From: Marsupella aquatica
Taxonomy: Eukaryota > Plantae > Marchantiophyta
Direction: 5' to 3'
Length of the DNA: 64,000 nucleotides
Assembly: GCA_973895155.1 (NCBI GenBank)
Contig: OZ316897.1
Span: 21,861,455-21,925,454 of the forward strand
Every line of letters begins with the position of its first letter. Position 1 is the first letter of the stretch. Positions 39,047-52,300 of the stretch are shown piece after piece. Under the pieces are notes generated by a model, which saw nothing but the letters and a program-made list of their open reading frames with translations, was not told the DNA's origin and did not search any database. The position numbers and the translations under genes were made by a program.

Positions 39047-39981
39047 TTATGACATGCAATCTGAGTGACACAGAAAAGAACGAACAATCCCTGCCTCAAC
39101 AAAGAGGGGAACAAAAACATATAGTACCCCGAAGGGGAGGCAGTGAAACAAACCACCACTTGGCAAGCAAGAAGCCACGGTGGGAAAAAAGAAGCGCTGC
39201 AACTGATCGGTCCTACTCAGATGGAATCAAAGAGTCAGAGCAGGAGCCATCCCGCCATACTAAACTAAACTAACTGTGATGTCGATAGCCGATGGAAAAG
39301 AACAGGCGTCAAGTGACACCTGACAAATCGTCATAATGACCGAGACCATACTTATATCTCGGAGATTGAACTTATCAATCACAACACAAAACGTTGTACC
39401 CTTGTGTCGTGGGTTGGTATAAACAAAGACTCAAGGTCAGAGGGAAGAATATGGCCACCTCGGCGCCTCAGCGGACACCGACTCCGCCCCCAATATATGA
39501 TGGTACAAGCGCCCCCGTGCAGGGACAACTGGCCGGGGCTTTCACCTCCTTGCCCGAAGGCACAGAAAGTAAGAAGACAAACGGTTTATCTCATTGCAAT
39601 GATTATGAATAACGACAATCAGCTAAACACATCAAAACCAAGGAACTTTACTGAATGAAAAGATAGTCACGGAAGCATATGAATATATATGTGGCAGCCG
39701 TCATTCCCAGTCAGAATTGTTGCCAATGCAAAATGTGGAGCGCACAACTACCGTACCCTAACTGCATCGATTTATTTTCCTATCTTAGCGAGACAGAAAG
39801 TTGTCCGCAGACATGATCGACAAGCTATCACGGTTGGATCGAGTGCAAGTATCATATATCTTGCAAATTATCTAGTATATATCATCTCTTCCGACAGTGT
39901 CTGCATCCGACATCAGACTGCTAGCTTTTCTACTGGAAATCACAGTTAGCTAGTCATAACTTTGTTTTGGGCGCACCCACG

Positions 39982-40523
39982 TCACAGCTGCTTGTAAGAA
40001 GCACCATGAGATTCGAGCCAATTTGCTTTCTCTGCATCGGGGATGTTCTGCATCTGCGAGTACATCTCAGCTGCTTCGGAGGTTGTGAGAATCCAGTTAC
40101 CCTTTGTGCCATCGTCCGTGTAGACTACACCAGTAGGCTTCATCTGGCTGTCACATGTCTGGTTATCAGTGAGGAGCGATCGGCGTCGAGCTTGGTACCA
40201 GAAAGCTCCGGTGAACTGGCCTCCAACTAAGCAGAAGTTGCCTTTGCCCGAGCCGACCTGCGTGGTGCAGCCTCCATCTCTATAAAATTTGCTTGCCTGA
40301 GAACTTCCAGATGTGCTTGTGACCAGCACAGAGCCGCTGTCTTTTGCGCTCACTGCACAGCAAATCTGGGATCCGATGCCATTGAATGAGTAGTCGCTCC
40401 CACTGCAGTGCGAGGTGCTTTCGAAGAAGATGATATCAAACTGCTCCAACGAGGCTTGAGAACTGTAACAGAAAGCATTGGCAGCACCGCATACACGACG
40501 CCCATTGCGCTGATCTTCGCCAT
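39982..40523 (-). CDS. Small secreted Cys-rich protein (fungal-like family); apparent 1-nt frameshift near 40472
   Basis: Adding one T in the minus-strand CTTTC run gives signal peptide MAKISAMGVVYAVLPMLFCYSSQA. This is followed by C-x14-CC...GGC...C...TGAFW, an RRR dibasic site and a C-terminal domain. A branch point/acceptor CTGAC..CAG lies just upstream. Confidence 0.6.
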
Positions 40524-43276
40524 CGTGGAAAGGTTGAAAAGGTCCTGCAAAGTAAGTCAGGCCCATCCCTCAGTTAGTCCCAGCAAAGCAATCGCATGGG
40601 CTGCAAGCGCTTGCTATATTATCAGAATGATATGCAATCAGATGTTGTGCGTATTGCGAAAAACAACGAAACAACGAAACAGCTTTGTCCATCAAACAAA
40701 TTTGGCATCTATGAAAGCTTGGCACAAAAATCGAATCCAGTCGACTGCCTATGTTCTAACGCTGGTGAGAGTGAAAGCAATGGCATCATTCAAACATAAA
40801 AGTTGCGCCATCGCGCGTCATTAGAGAACGTTTGTCTCACGAGGCTAAGTTACGGATATACTACTCAGCTCAGGTAAGGTACTAGAATTGAGCCGCCACG
40901 AGTTCAGCTGCGACTTCACTTGTAAAATCGAATGGCAGCGGTGAGAATGAGAATGAGTTTACGTTGGTTTGCATGGCTTAAATACTACTCTGGTGTAGAC
41001 CTAGCTTTTCTTCCAAGTCTGGACTGTGGAGCCGTGTGTAGCAGGGCTCATCTTCCCAACGGAGGACAATTGACTACAATTCATTTCTTTCCAGCTAGAC
41101 GTGCTGCAGTTTAGGTACGGTCATTTTCTGTGGGAAAGTTCACTCTCACCGCAGAAGAGAGGTGTCATTACGATGCGCTCAATCACAATTGAATAGAAAT
41201 TACTCAGTCACTGACAGTAGTACGAGGCATACTGTTTTAACCTACAATATAAAAAGTGTCCCCCCCCTCTGAGTGTTTTGAATTTCCTTTATGTACACCT
41301 CCTCTTCAGGTTTATATTAATGTTTCAATCTTGCGTTGCCAACCCTTTGTTAATATAGGTTAGAATACTTTTAACTTACATATAAGGTTTATTAAATTTG
41401 CATTTCATGCACTAAGGATATTTAAACCCAAGCCTATCTCTTCGCAAGAGTGAGGAAGCCAAGAAATGTGAGAAGTCCTTACACTTCAAGAATGATATTG
41501 CCAGCCCCTACCCCTAGAGAGTTGTTTCCAAAGTTTATGGTTTTGAGTGACTTAAGTGTAACCAACTAACTTAGTCATCATGATTGAGAGAAACATGAAA
41601 ATCCAGCCACTTTTGTGAAAAGTATTTATAATCTTCTAGAAGCTAAATACTTATGTCCTACAAAAATGACATGTTTATGTACTACAAAAATGACATGTGC
41701 GGATAAGAGTGGGACCAACACTTTGTAAGGTCAGTAGCAACGAGGAGAGGGCACAAGTCACCAAGACTGCTTGAAAGGCGCTCATAAAAATTCACTCTCT
41801 AAAAAGAAGATTATAATCTATATGTGTAGGAACAATACAGAACAAACTACTGCATTTTCTTTTGGGGGATACTCACAACTTTAGTTAGCTTAAAAATAAA
41901 ATTCATTACTTATTCATCTAGATGCAACAATATTAATTTTTTTTATTACCATAATTATGAGGAAGGTTGCTTAAAGTTGGAGAGCCATATCCCTGTCAGT
42001 TGAATTGATGTTATATTTCATCCCTCCACGAGTGCGTGACACATAGGGTCCTCTAGCTATAATTATTCTGCGCACCAAAACTTAACATATGGCTAGAATA
42101 ATCTTGCGCACCAAAACTTAACATATGCTACGTACACTAGGACCTGAATGACTCCTGGGATCCGACTGACCCAGGTAGCCAGGATGGACCCAGGCCTGGA
42201 GGATTCGGTGGACGAAAAATAGATTGCCACAGGTACTTGTGTGGAGCCGCGGAGTTGATACTCATCACAGTCATATTGTGGGTACCCTGTTGATACGCAT
42301 CACATTCATATTGTGAGTGGGTGCAAGTGCAAGTACAGGGAGAGTAGCTGGGAACAAGATATGTGTTCGCTGAAAACCTGATGTACCTACTGTTGAAGAT
42401 CTCGACTTTGTATCGTTAATTTACTGACCAAGCGAGACACGAAGAGTCAATAAGGTTAGTCTCCAAGGAACGAATCCATGGGTCACCTATCCTCTCAATG
42501 ATTATATAGACAGTAAACCCGCTGCTTGAGATGCATGACATCCTGACCAATCTGCCTACACAATGTTGAAACGTTTCCTGTGTACATGGCTTCGACTGAC
42601 CGCCACAGGCCCACAGCTCGTGATAGATTATTTAGCATATATGGTCATGACTGTTAGATTGTACTCCCAGAGTCTCAGACTTCACAAGGAAGATCTGCAA
42701 GGTTAGGAGTTTGAAAGAGGGGAATATAGGGGGTAAGTAGGGAAATTAACCCCAACATACCTCATGCTCCCCGCCCCCTTACTATTGGGGGTAATTTCCA
42801 GAAGATGAGTTGGGAATTCATTCCCCTCTTATCAAAGCGATTCATGGTAAGGTATTTGTCCCATATTTAGTAGGGAACCAAATCTCCTTGTAGTGGACGG
42901 GCTGCTATGCTTGTAAATTACCTATGTCCCTAGGGTAATCATTCGGTGTGTCTTGCAAGTGCATAACCTAAACCCTAAACACACACAAAAGAACACAAGA
43001 AAGAATACCAAAGAAACAGTGGACATGAGAAACAGTGGACATGATTCAAAGATGAAGTGTTCAATTCATAATGCTCCCGCAGGAGGCTTGAACAGGTACA
43101 TATGTGGCAAGGAAAGACCCACTCAGGCTCTGTCCTCCTAGTCTCATCGTTGTCCCGCTGCACTAAAATCACAACGGGAGGAAACGAGAGTGGCACTGAC
43201 AAGTAAACGAACAATAAGAGTGTCACTGCCTAACTGACTCAAGCACCGAAGAGAACCTTAGCTAAAACTCATCTAG

Positions 43277-46200
43277 CTACTCTGATGCATTGAACCTCTG
43301 CTGCCGATTCTCTCCCAGTATGAACTCCAGATTTTGTTCCATGTTATCTTTTTTCCCGGTTGCACAGCCATACATGATGTCCCTGATCATCACTCGTTTT
43401 TTGTTCTGCACAAAACATGCAACATGCGTACAATTAGAGACCACATATATGGAATTTGTAATTCATCATTACTAGTGAGTGCGTGCAGGAATTGTTAGGC
43501 AAAGCACGCGAACTGAAATACCCCAATAATACCCCATACACAGAGTGACTTTATTCACCTTGCAGTCCATGCAAGCACTTCTAATCTTACCTGCAGCTCC
43601 AAAATCTTCAACTCAATCGAATCTTCGGCGATAAACCTGACGACTTTCACCGGCCTTGTTTGCCCTATACGATGTGACCGATCGACGGCCTGGTCCTCTA
43701 CCGTGGGATTCCACCACCCGTCTACCATAAGAACATGTGTAGCCTCAGTGATGTTGAGTCCTGTGTTCGTTGCCATCAAGGACAAGAGGATAATGCTGAT
43801 CTGCATGAAATGAGTAGAAACAATTTAATTAGAATATGAAGAGTTTACCCTTTGAACAAATACAGACACCGATCTGCACGGATAATGACGGTTGTACCTC
43901 TGGGGTCGTCTTGAAATCATTCAAGGCTTGTTCTCTGACATTGGAATTCATTCCTCCATCAATCCTTGTGAACTTTAGACCAGCCTTCAGAATGTGTGGC
44001 TCAAGCATGTCAAGACACGAAGTCCATTGTGAGAAAACAAGAGCCTTCTGCCTGGGCACAAAGCTTTCGCTGCTGCCCTGTCTTGTAGTGTCCAGCAGAA
44101 TCGACTTCAGGTATTCCAAGACTGCATCAAATTTTGGAGAAGGTGGGTGTCGGACATCATATTCTCTTCGCGCCTTCCCTTTTGACTTCGCACCACCATT
44201 CACTAGCCTCAAATCAGCTGGCCTGTATAGGACCTGGGCTGTCACGTATTTTGAACATTTTGCCGATTTGCAGGTTCCAGCTTCCCGGTCTATTGCACAA
44301 ATGCCACAGTATACATGGCCACAGCCAGAAATCTGAAATGGACTTCCAATCAAGCCCCCCTGCACAATCCAACCGTTAAAGTGAGTGCGTGCAGAAATTG
44401 TTAGGCAAAGCACGTTAATTGAAATACCTCAATCATACACAGAGTGACTATACTCACCTTGCAGTCCACGCAAGCACTTCCAATCTTCAATTGCTGAAAC
44501 TCTGACACAAGTCGGGCTCGTTGAGGCTCACTAAGGGGCGTTCTTTGCACTTTGTTCTCGATCTCCTCTTCGCGAATTTTACATAAGGAAGGAAGTTTCG
44601 GGTGCACTGCAAATTGTCGCAACCGGAGCAGAACGCTCAACACATTCGATAAGGCACCTCTTTCGGCGTCACAGAATTCCTACAACATTACAGGCACATT
44701 AATTGCCACCGAACAGACACCTTCAAGGGATCAAATTGAACTCTCATACGTCTTCAACATTGGGGATTATTAAGAGCCTTACGTACCTTGTATAACTCCT
44801 TACTCTTTTCCTCCTGATCAAAATAAGCGTTTCGTTCTTGCTGTGTTCTCCATTCAACAATTTGCACCTTGATCGTCTTAGGGGGCAGTGGGAGTATGCC
44901 TGCATGTAAGCACAGTGGCAGGGTAAATGCACAATTGATAAAGAAATCAGGCTTGGGATTAAACAAAGTGAACTCTACCATGATATATGCATGCACGCTT
45001 ACTTTTGTCTCTCCTGAGCGCAATCGCAACCAAGTGTTTTGAGAGGATGCCATTCGCTATCTTTGGCCTTGTCTTCAGCAACTTCTTTAACTGCGAGAAT
45101 TCCTTCCACTCTCCTAGAGGATAATACCTCTGAAAACTGAAGTAAGGAAACAGATCAGAAGCCTCGTTCTGTATGGGTGTACCGCTTAGGCACCACCTCC
45201 TCTCTGCCTTGAGACAACGCGAGGCCTTGAAATTTTGACTAGTTTTATTTTTCATGACATGACACTCATCCAGGACTACTCTAAGCCAACTAATCTTAAA
45301 CAGTGGACCTGCAAGTCTAGGTTTTTTTACAGGTCTCTTCATACTCCCTTTTGGCACGCTGGACGTCTTTGGAGCAATGGGAGACTCCCCTGTCATGATT
45401 GAGTACGTAGTGACAACCATGTCATGGCTTGAAATAAAGTTGATGTCTTTATTCCTCTTGTTGTGGTAGAGGAGGACCTTCACTTTTGCTATCTTGGAGG
45501 TCCTTGCAGCTATTTCTTGGCCCCATTGAATCACCACGCTGGCTGGACAAACAACTAGAGTTGGCCCACACTTATGAGGGCGATTCGCGAGAAATAGCGC
45601 TACGACATGCATGGTTTTCCCCATTCCCTAAAAAAATCCAAGCCAAGAAAACGGTCAGGGACCCACTCACTTGCAGACAAGGTGCGCGCGTACCCCTAAC
45701 ATACTCCAAAAATACCCCCAAAGTATCCTGCTGAATGAAAATAATGAGTGCGACTTCGGCTTAATTTGGGGGCTTTTGTACCTGGTCATCCGCCAACATC
45801 CCACCAATTGGAGAGCTTTTTCCGGATTCGCGTTCCAACATCCATGCAAGACCAATCCGTTGGTGTGGATATAGAGCTATAGTCATTGTACCAAGTGGAG
45901 GGCATGCCTCCTCTGTCAAGTGAGACCCTTGGATATCAATCTGCGGATCCCGCTCACAGCCAAGTTAGATATGCTTGAACATTGTTTCTGAAAAAACAGT
46001 AATCACACAACAAAGGAAAAAAATCGCTAACCTTTCCACTCTCTGTGGCACACTCTTCCCAGTGAATGTCTTGTTCTGAATGCTCGTCATCCTCCACTTC
46101 ATCTTCTTCTTCTTCTTCTTCCTCTACCTCTTCCTCTTCCTCCACTTCGATAGCCCTCCTCTTCGCTGGTGAGTGACTACCACTTGGAATAGAGTCCTCT

Positions 46201-48019
46201 CGCCCTCTCTTTGAAGCACGAGGCAAATTTGGTTGTCGTGAAATGTGACTCGTCCTAGCCTCCCATCCCGGACTCTTAGTTGGAACATGAAATAGAACAG
46301 AAATCGGAGGTGACCCTGGTACTTCTGATGCAATTGCACTCGACGATTTGTCCTCCTCTGTAGCTGAGACCTCTACTTTTGATGTTGGTGCAGCATTTGG
46401 TGCCTCTCCTTCTAAAAGTGACATCTCTTCTTCTGATGCCGGTACCTCTGCCAGTACTGGTGGTGCAGCTGCCTGTAACTCTACCAAAACTGGTGAGTCA
46501 CCTCCACTCGACATAGACTCCTCTCGCTGTATCTTTGAAGTAGGATAATGAATTGGGAAAGTACCTGCTTCTGCTGGTGCTGCTACTGGTACCTCTACTA
46601 TAGCTGGAACACCAGGATAATAATTTGGGAAAGTACCTGCTTCTGCTGGTGCTGCTACTGGTACCTCTACTATAGCTGGAACACCAGAAACTGGCAGTAA
46701 CTCTGAAATTGGGCTACGCTGTGATGCCTCTGCATCATAACCTGCATGTACCCTGGCACCAAGACCTACCAGAACCTCACAACATCTCTCGTCACCTCCG
46801 CTCTCACCTTCTCCACTCGATGTCTCACTGCCAACTTGTTCTGAATGCAACCCAACCTGCCTTTCCAATTCTAATATGCGGACTCTTTGTCTGTCGTTTT
46901 CTTTCATCAAATCGAGGACCAATTTTTTATGATTCTCCACTGCTTCTCGTAGCATGTCCAATTTTTCTGCAAGATCAACCTCTAGCGCACGTATGTGCTG
47001 TGATAGAACATGCATGCACTCTGGCACGGAGGGCGGCGATTTGTGCTCACCCTGAGGACATTTCTGTTCATCCCTGGAGAATTGGGGCGCAACCTCCGAT
47101 GGCTGCCCCTCACCGTCAGACGCACCATCCCCTTCCTTGTCCTCTCGTGAGCCATCTTCTCCTTCCTCGTCCTCTCGTGATCCGTCATCCCCTTCCTCGT
47201 CCTCCTGTGAGCCACTGTCCCCGTCCTTGTCCTCTTCTGAGCCAGCCTCCCCTTCCTCATCCTCTTGTGAGCCATTGTCCCCTTTCTCCTTGTCGTCCTC
47301 CTCATGATCATCTTCGTGTTGTTCGACCATAAGCTCCTCCAGCAAATACCCGTAGTGTACAAGAATCTGCGTTATAGCAGTGCCACAGTAGCAAGGAAGT
47401 CGTTTGTCTACGACACCATTCTTCGATAGGTGTGACTTTAACCTGAGGATCTCACTTGTCAGATTATCGTACACCAAATGTGCCCAATCGGGCTTCACCA
47501 CGGGAGTTTCAGCTCCTCTAAAACGATCACGTACCCTAATCGTATCCCACCAATACGCCCAGTATACCCACATGTCTTTTGAGGTGACTTGAGTGGGTTT
47601 GCTCTTGCCTGAGAGCAATTCAGAAATCACCCTGATTATCCCACACCACTGCATATATGGCGCAGTGATTTTGTCTAGACTGTATGGGTTGCCTTTCGTC
47701 TTGGCAGAAAACATGGAATTAGTTGACCTTGGACCAACCCAGGTTTAAATCGGGCCCATTCTCCAGACGGAAAAGCAAATGCAGCTCGCAATACCTCTCT
47801 GTTGAATGTGTGAGTTGCACCCCGGAATGACACACAGTTTTGACCTTGATCATACCCTACTGCGAACTCCTTTTTAGCAAGAATTGCAACTCTGGGCCAG
47901 TCGAGTTCAAAACATGGAACCAAACCAGCTTTTCTAGCTAAATTATGGTCTGCAGGGGCCATCCCTAGATAATGCCGTATTACCCTCCCTGAGCATGACT
48001 TCCAAATCGTCTCCGTCAC
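43277..48019 (-). CDS. Spliced RAD5/RAD16-like SNF2 helicase with RING finger and a long N-terminal region (at least one frameshift near 47710; possibly a pseudogene)
   Basis: LADDQ|GMGKT across an intron, LVVCPASV, LDECH, SGTPIQN, RING CVDC|..CGHVYCGIC..C..C, VFSQWT, WWNPTVEDQAVDRSHRIGQ. GT-AG introns. Last exon 43277-43405. Joining the upstream exons 45954-48019 to the helicase exons is inferred. Confidence 0.8.
46551..46690. repeat. In-frame 72-bp tandem duplication (GVPAIVEVPVAAPAEAGTFP x2)
   Basis: The repeat is visible in both DNA and protein. Confidence 0.85.
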
Positions 48020-48936
48020 GACTGTACAAACAAAGCAGGCCTTAGTTGTGCCATTCTAACAATCGATCAATATACTTCATGCGGAATTAAGAACCAAAGG
48101 AGTTGAGTGAAAGAGGGGTACATACGATCTGTGATATCCTCGTCGCTCTGCATCAACAATGCGACCGGCGCTGGACGATCATGTCGACGAACCATACTTT
48201 CACCAATCCTCCAACGTCACCCCGCGCTCGTCGATACTTGCTTCCGTCGCGAACACCCCAAGTGTTATCCAATGGCAGACTTGTCAGCCACAAAGATCTA
48301 CGAAACCTACACAATCAAAGACTGGAGCTCAGGAGCTCGCACCATTGCCCAAAGCTTATAAGGAATTCCTCATAGGGCGTTCATGTGCGCAGTGGCATGC
48401 ATCATTTAGTCACTGCAGTTTCAGTAGTAGATCTCACAACAAAGATTCTGTCTCCGATCGGTGGCACCGCCCTTTCACTACCCCAACGTACATTTTATCA
48501 CGTTCCCAAGTAACCTGGTAATACCCATCCATTATGTCACGTCCGACCCAGAATCCAATAATATTTGTGACCCGTGCCGTCCCCGATCATACCCCGTGCG
48601 AAGCACCATAGCGTCACATCATAGGCTCACATCTGACCTGCATCTCACACATCCTACGGTCTGCATCCTGGTCAGTATTCAGTTATTGACAAAACGGCTC
48701 CTCTCAAGTGTTGTCATATCCCATAGTATCTTTCTTTTTGTCGTACTTGGGACTTTCCATGGTATTACTATACGGTATTCCACCGTACAGGGATACCATG
48801 GTGAAGTCCAATTGCACAAAAATCAAGCCTCAACGCAACTAATCTTTGAAAGGTGATGTGTTCATCAATTTGTGATGCTGCCTTGTAGATTGGGCAACTT
48901 GACCGAGAACCCTGTACAGACAACCAGCTCACACCA

Positions 48937-49313
48937 ACCTTCCCGAGGTCCTTCTCATTATCATTTGCATTGTGCGATTCTGCCATGTCATCCCCTCCCT
49001 CCTCCTCCTCCTCCTCCCCGTCAGAAGCACCGTCCACTCCTACATCCCCCGCTTGCATTTCCGTTGCCGCATCGCGCCTGGGAAGGAGGACTTCCCTTAC
49101 AACACACAGGTCAAGGACGGAAAGTGAGTCCGCTATTGCAATCATTATGTCCCCTACCTCTGGGAAAGGAGGGCAGTTTGCAATTGTGGTAGGGAGTTCC
49201 CGTACTAAAGTATCTCCATTCTCCAAGGCTACAACCTCCCTCCCGCCTCTTCGAATTGGGAAGAACTTGTGTAGAATTCTTGACATAGGCCTACAGTTGT
49301 TGCCATGTGCGTA
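48937..49313 (-). pseudogene. Coding exon of unknown function, cut by the gypsy C insertion
   Basis: The frame of ORF 48768-49286 stays open up to the LTR junction. It has an acidic tract and a probable splice donor after DLGK. Confidence 0.45.
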
Positions 49314-52300
49314 TGTGATGCCTAGATAGGAATCACTCGGCCGGTTAAGTGGGTAAAGCAGGAAGGCACCCTAGGAACACCTTAGTATAGTGACAAAACA
49401 AGGAAAATATAAACAATTAGGGGCAACCATGGAACCCGGGCAGAGGCCGGAGGTAAGGCTGAGGGTGAAAACCCGATTAGGGTTAGGGCGCGTTAAGCGT
49501 CGGCGGCTAGGAAGGATCAACGGGAAGAACGACCGGCAGAGGAGAGGGGTAAGGAGCGCTTGCAGGAGACGGTGGCTCATTTGCGAGCACGAACTAGGCA
49601 GACGACTACAGGAGGCCAACTACTGTCAGCTGCTTAGGCAAGCACTCGGGGAGAGAGTAGATACCGACGATCGACCTAAGGAGGGTATGAGCAACATCAA
49701 TCAAGCGGCACATTTCTGGGGATGCCTGTTCGAACGGGCAACTGAGTACATCAAGACTTACGAGGACGAGGAGTCAGAAAGGGCAGCTCGAGAACGGCAG
49801 GAGCTCGCTCGATTGTGGGAGCTGCACAAGACGGCTTTCTTAGGAGGCGAACTCATCAAGGACGAGTTCCTGTGGACGCCTACTTCCAATCAACTCGACG
49901 ATCTTCTGTTTTGCAAAGACAGCATCGTCGGCATCCGAGAGGCCATCAAGAACTGCAACGACATACACTGGGAATTAAAGGGTAGCACGGAAAGGTGGAC
50001 CCAGGCAACGGTGCTAGGAGAAACCTCCACGGCAGCAGAGATGAAGAGGAAGGGAGCCGTCAACGATGAAGCCACCCCGGCAAAAAGAACGAGGTCGGCG
50101 GCACCAAAGAAGCCAGCCGAGCAGCAGAGCAGGAGGCAGGGAGAAGCCGAAGAGGAGGAGGTCGATCCCATCAAGGCCATTCCAACCAGGGATGACACCT
50201 GGAAGGGCTGGGCGGCAACCCTACCGGTGGAGGTGCAACTACATTTTGCACGGGAGGAGGATGCATGCTTTACGGCCATGCAGACCAAGAAGTACCAAGG
50301 CTTCATGGCCGGATCCGGCTTGGAGGCCTTTGTAAGATTACCATGGCTGAAGCCGGAGGTACCGGAGTCAGACCTATTAGAATTCGTGGGGTCATGGGAA
50401 CCCGAGACCAATTGCACGAGGATATATGGGAAGGATTTCTATCTTACTCCCAAGGTGATTGCCGAAGTGTTTGGCTTGCCGATGGGCAATAAGACCAAAG
50501 TTGATACCAGGAAGACCTTGCCTGACAAGGAGTTCCGGTCGTTCCCCGGGCCATCAACGAAGAATGGCTTCTTCCGGAACACCTGCACCAACCCGCACAT
50601 AGGAGAGATGATCGACTTCTTGCGGGTGACCATGCATTGTAACTTACCGAGGGCAGAGATCGGCAAGGCACAGGTCTATCTGGCAGAAAGGCCAGACCCA
50701 AGCCGGGACTACAACGGGTACCTCCTCAACCAATTGAAGAAGATCTTAAAGGAGGAGCAGCAGGTAATCGGCATGGGGAGCGTGTCGCGGCTTGGCTATC
50801 ACATGCCGCTGTTGTGCCGGTATGCCAGAGGTCAGACTTTTGCCCCGGTACTTCCCCTGCAGGTAAGGGCACCCGAGGAAGCTCCAACACCGAGGCCGTT
50901 GGCTGAGAAGCCTCAACCACCTGTTAGTCCTACGATCGAGCAGGTGTTTAGGCCCAGGAAGGAAGACTTGCCGATGCAGCAACCAGGCATGCAGAGTCTG
51001 CTGAAACTACTGGAGAAAGAAAAGAAATCGGCATCGGCAACAACAACGGCAACGGCAACAATGCAGGACACTACTACAGAGGTAGGCCTACACCGGCTCA
51101 CAAGAGAAAACCCCTTTGCTGGAGACAAGGAGAGAATCAGGCCGGAATCCAAGCCAGGTGTTCGAACGTACGTGGGAACCTCAAGCTCCGAATCTGAGGC
51201 AGAATTGCCTGAAGCTCCTACCGACGAAGAGGAGAGGGAGAAGCCGGACGTCCAAGAGGTAGAGGAGGCAGTGGAGGACTGCAGCCATGATAATTCCGGC
51301 TATGGGTCGGACCATCACGTTCCAGGAGTAAGGACCTGTGGCCGGTTTGTCCCCACACTTCCAAGGGTAGTGCGAGGGGACCCCAACCAGCAGAGTAGCC
51401 CTGAGTCTCCCCCACCAGATGTTGCTCCCCCGAGCTTCGACGGCATAAAACAGACGGTGCAGGAATTTCAAGAGCGAATCAAGCAGGAGGAAGAGGCCGC
51501 CCTGGCTAAGGAAAAGGATTTACCAGGAGGAGATTGGCCGGAGGACATCAGGCGGCTAGCCGAAAAAGGAAGCAAACCTCTAGCCACGATTGAAGAGATC
51601 CGCAGGACGGCTTGGGAGCAGAGGCCACGATGGGCGATGCCGATCACTTCTACTTACTCCACCTACGCTAAGAATAGAGCCATGGAGTATGGTGAGATGT
51701 GTGGGGAACTTGCGCTCGGCATCTTTGGAGAGGAGTTGGAGGTAGGACCCTTTTTCCATAGGGAGCAGTTGGAGAAGCACCAATTAGAAGAAGCGGTGGC
51801 TTTAGAGAGAAGCAAGAAGGACGAGGTCATTCGGCGGCTTAGGAGGATGGGAGCCGAGATTGAAGATCTAAGGGCGGCCAAGAAAGCCCAAGATGAACTG
51901 CGGATTAAACGACATGAGCTGAACATCATGCAGGGGCAGTTGGACGCCGCGCAGGCTGATAATCAGAATATCAAGGATAAACTGACTCAGACGCAGGAAG
52001 AGTTGGCTGACACGATCAAAGAGAGGGAAAAGTGGAAGCAAGAGCTGAAGAATACAGAGGAGGCCCACATAACAGCCAACAGCCAGGCCATGGCGGAGAC
52101 CCAAAGAAAGGAATGGGCGTTGAAAGGGGAGCTCGAGAAAATCCGCGGAGCCCTTGAGCAGAAGGAGGTCGAGTTAGGGAAATCCTATCAAGGGATTATG
52201 GCGCTGCAGCAGGAGCTTGCGTCCCTGACGGTCAGCTTCAAGGCCGACCTAAGGGAGAAGGACGAGATGCTCGAACAGACTTACGCCAAGATGAACCAGA

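Larger units (their letters stand above)
34386..39325 (-). mobile_element. Ty1/copia retrotransposon D (4.9 kb; LTRs 34386-34660 and 39048-39325; TG...TA ends)
   Basis: TSD AATCG at 34381-34385 and 39326-39330. LTRs are near-identical with a small indel. PPT ATGGGGGGGTG at 34661-34671. Confidence 0.93.

Noticed and set aside
41230-42950. AT-rich region with short direct repeats (~41658, ~42070) as a possible transposon remnant
   Set aside because: No matching TIR pair, TSD or coding motif could be found.
49478-49487. TTAGGG-type repeat (TTAGGGTTAGGG) near the start of family C LTRs (also ~2531, ~60338)
   Set aside because: Only two units, inside coding sequence (LGLG). Insufficient evidence for a telomere link.
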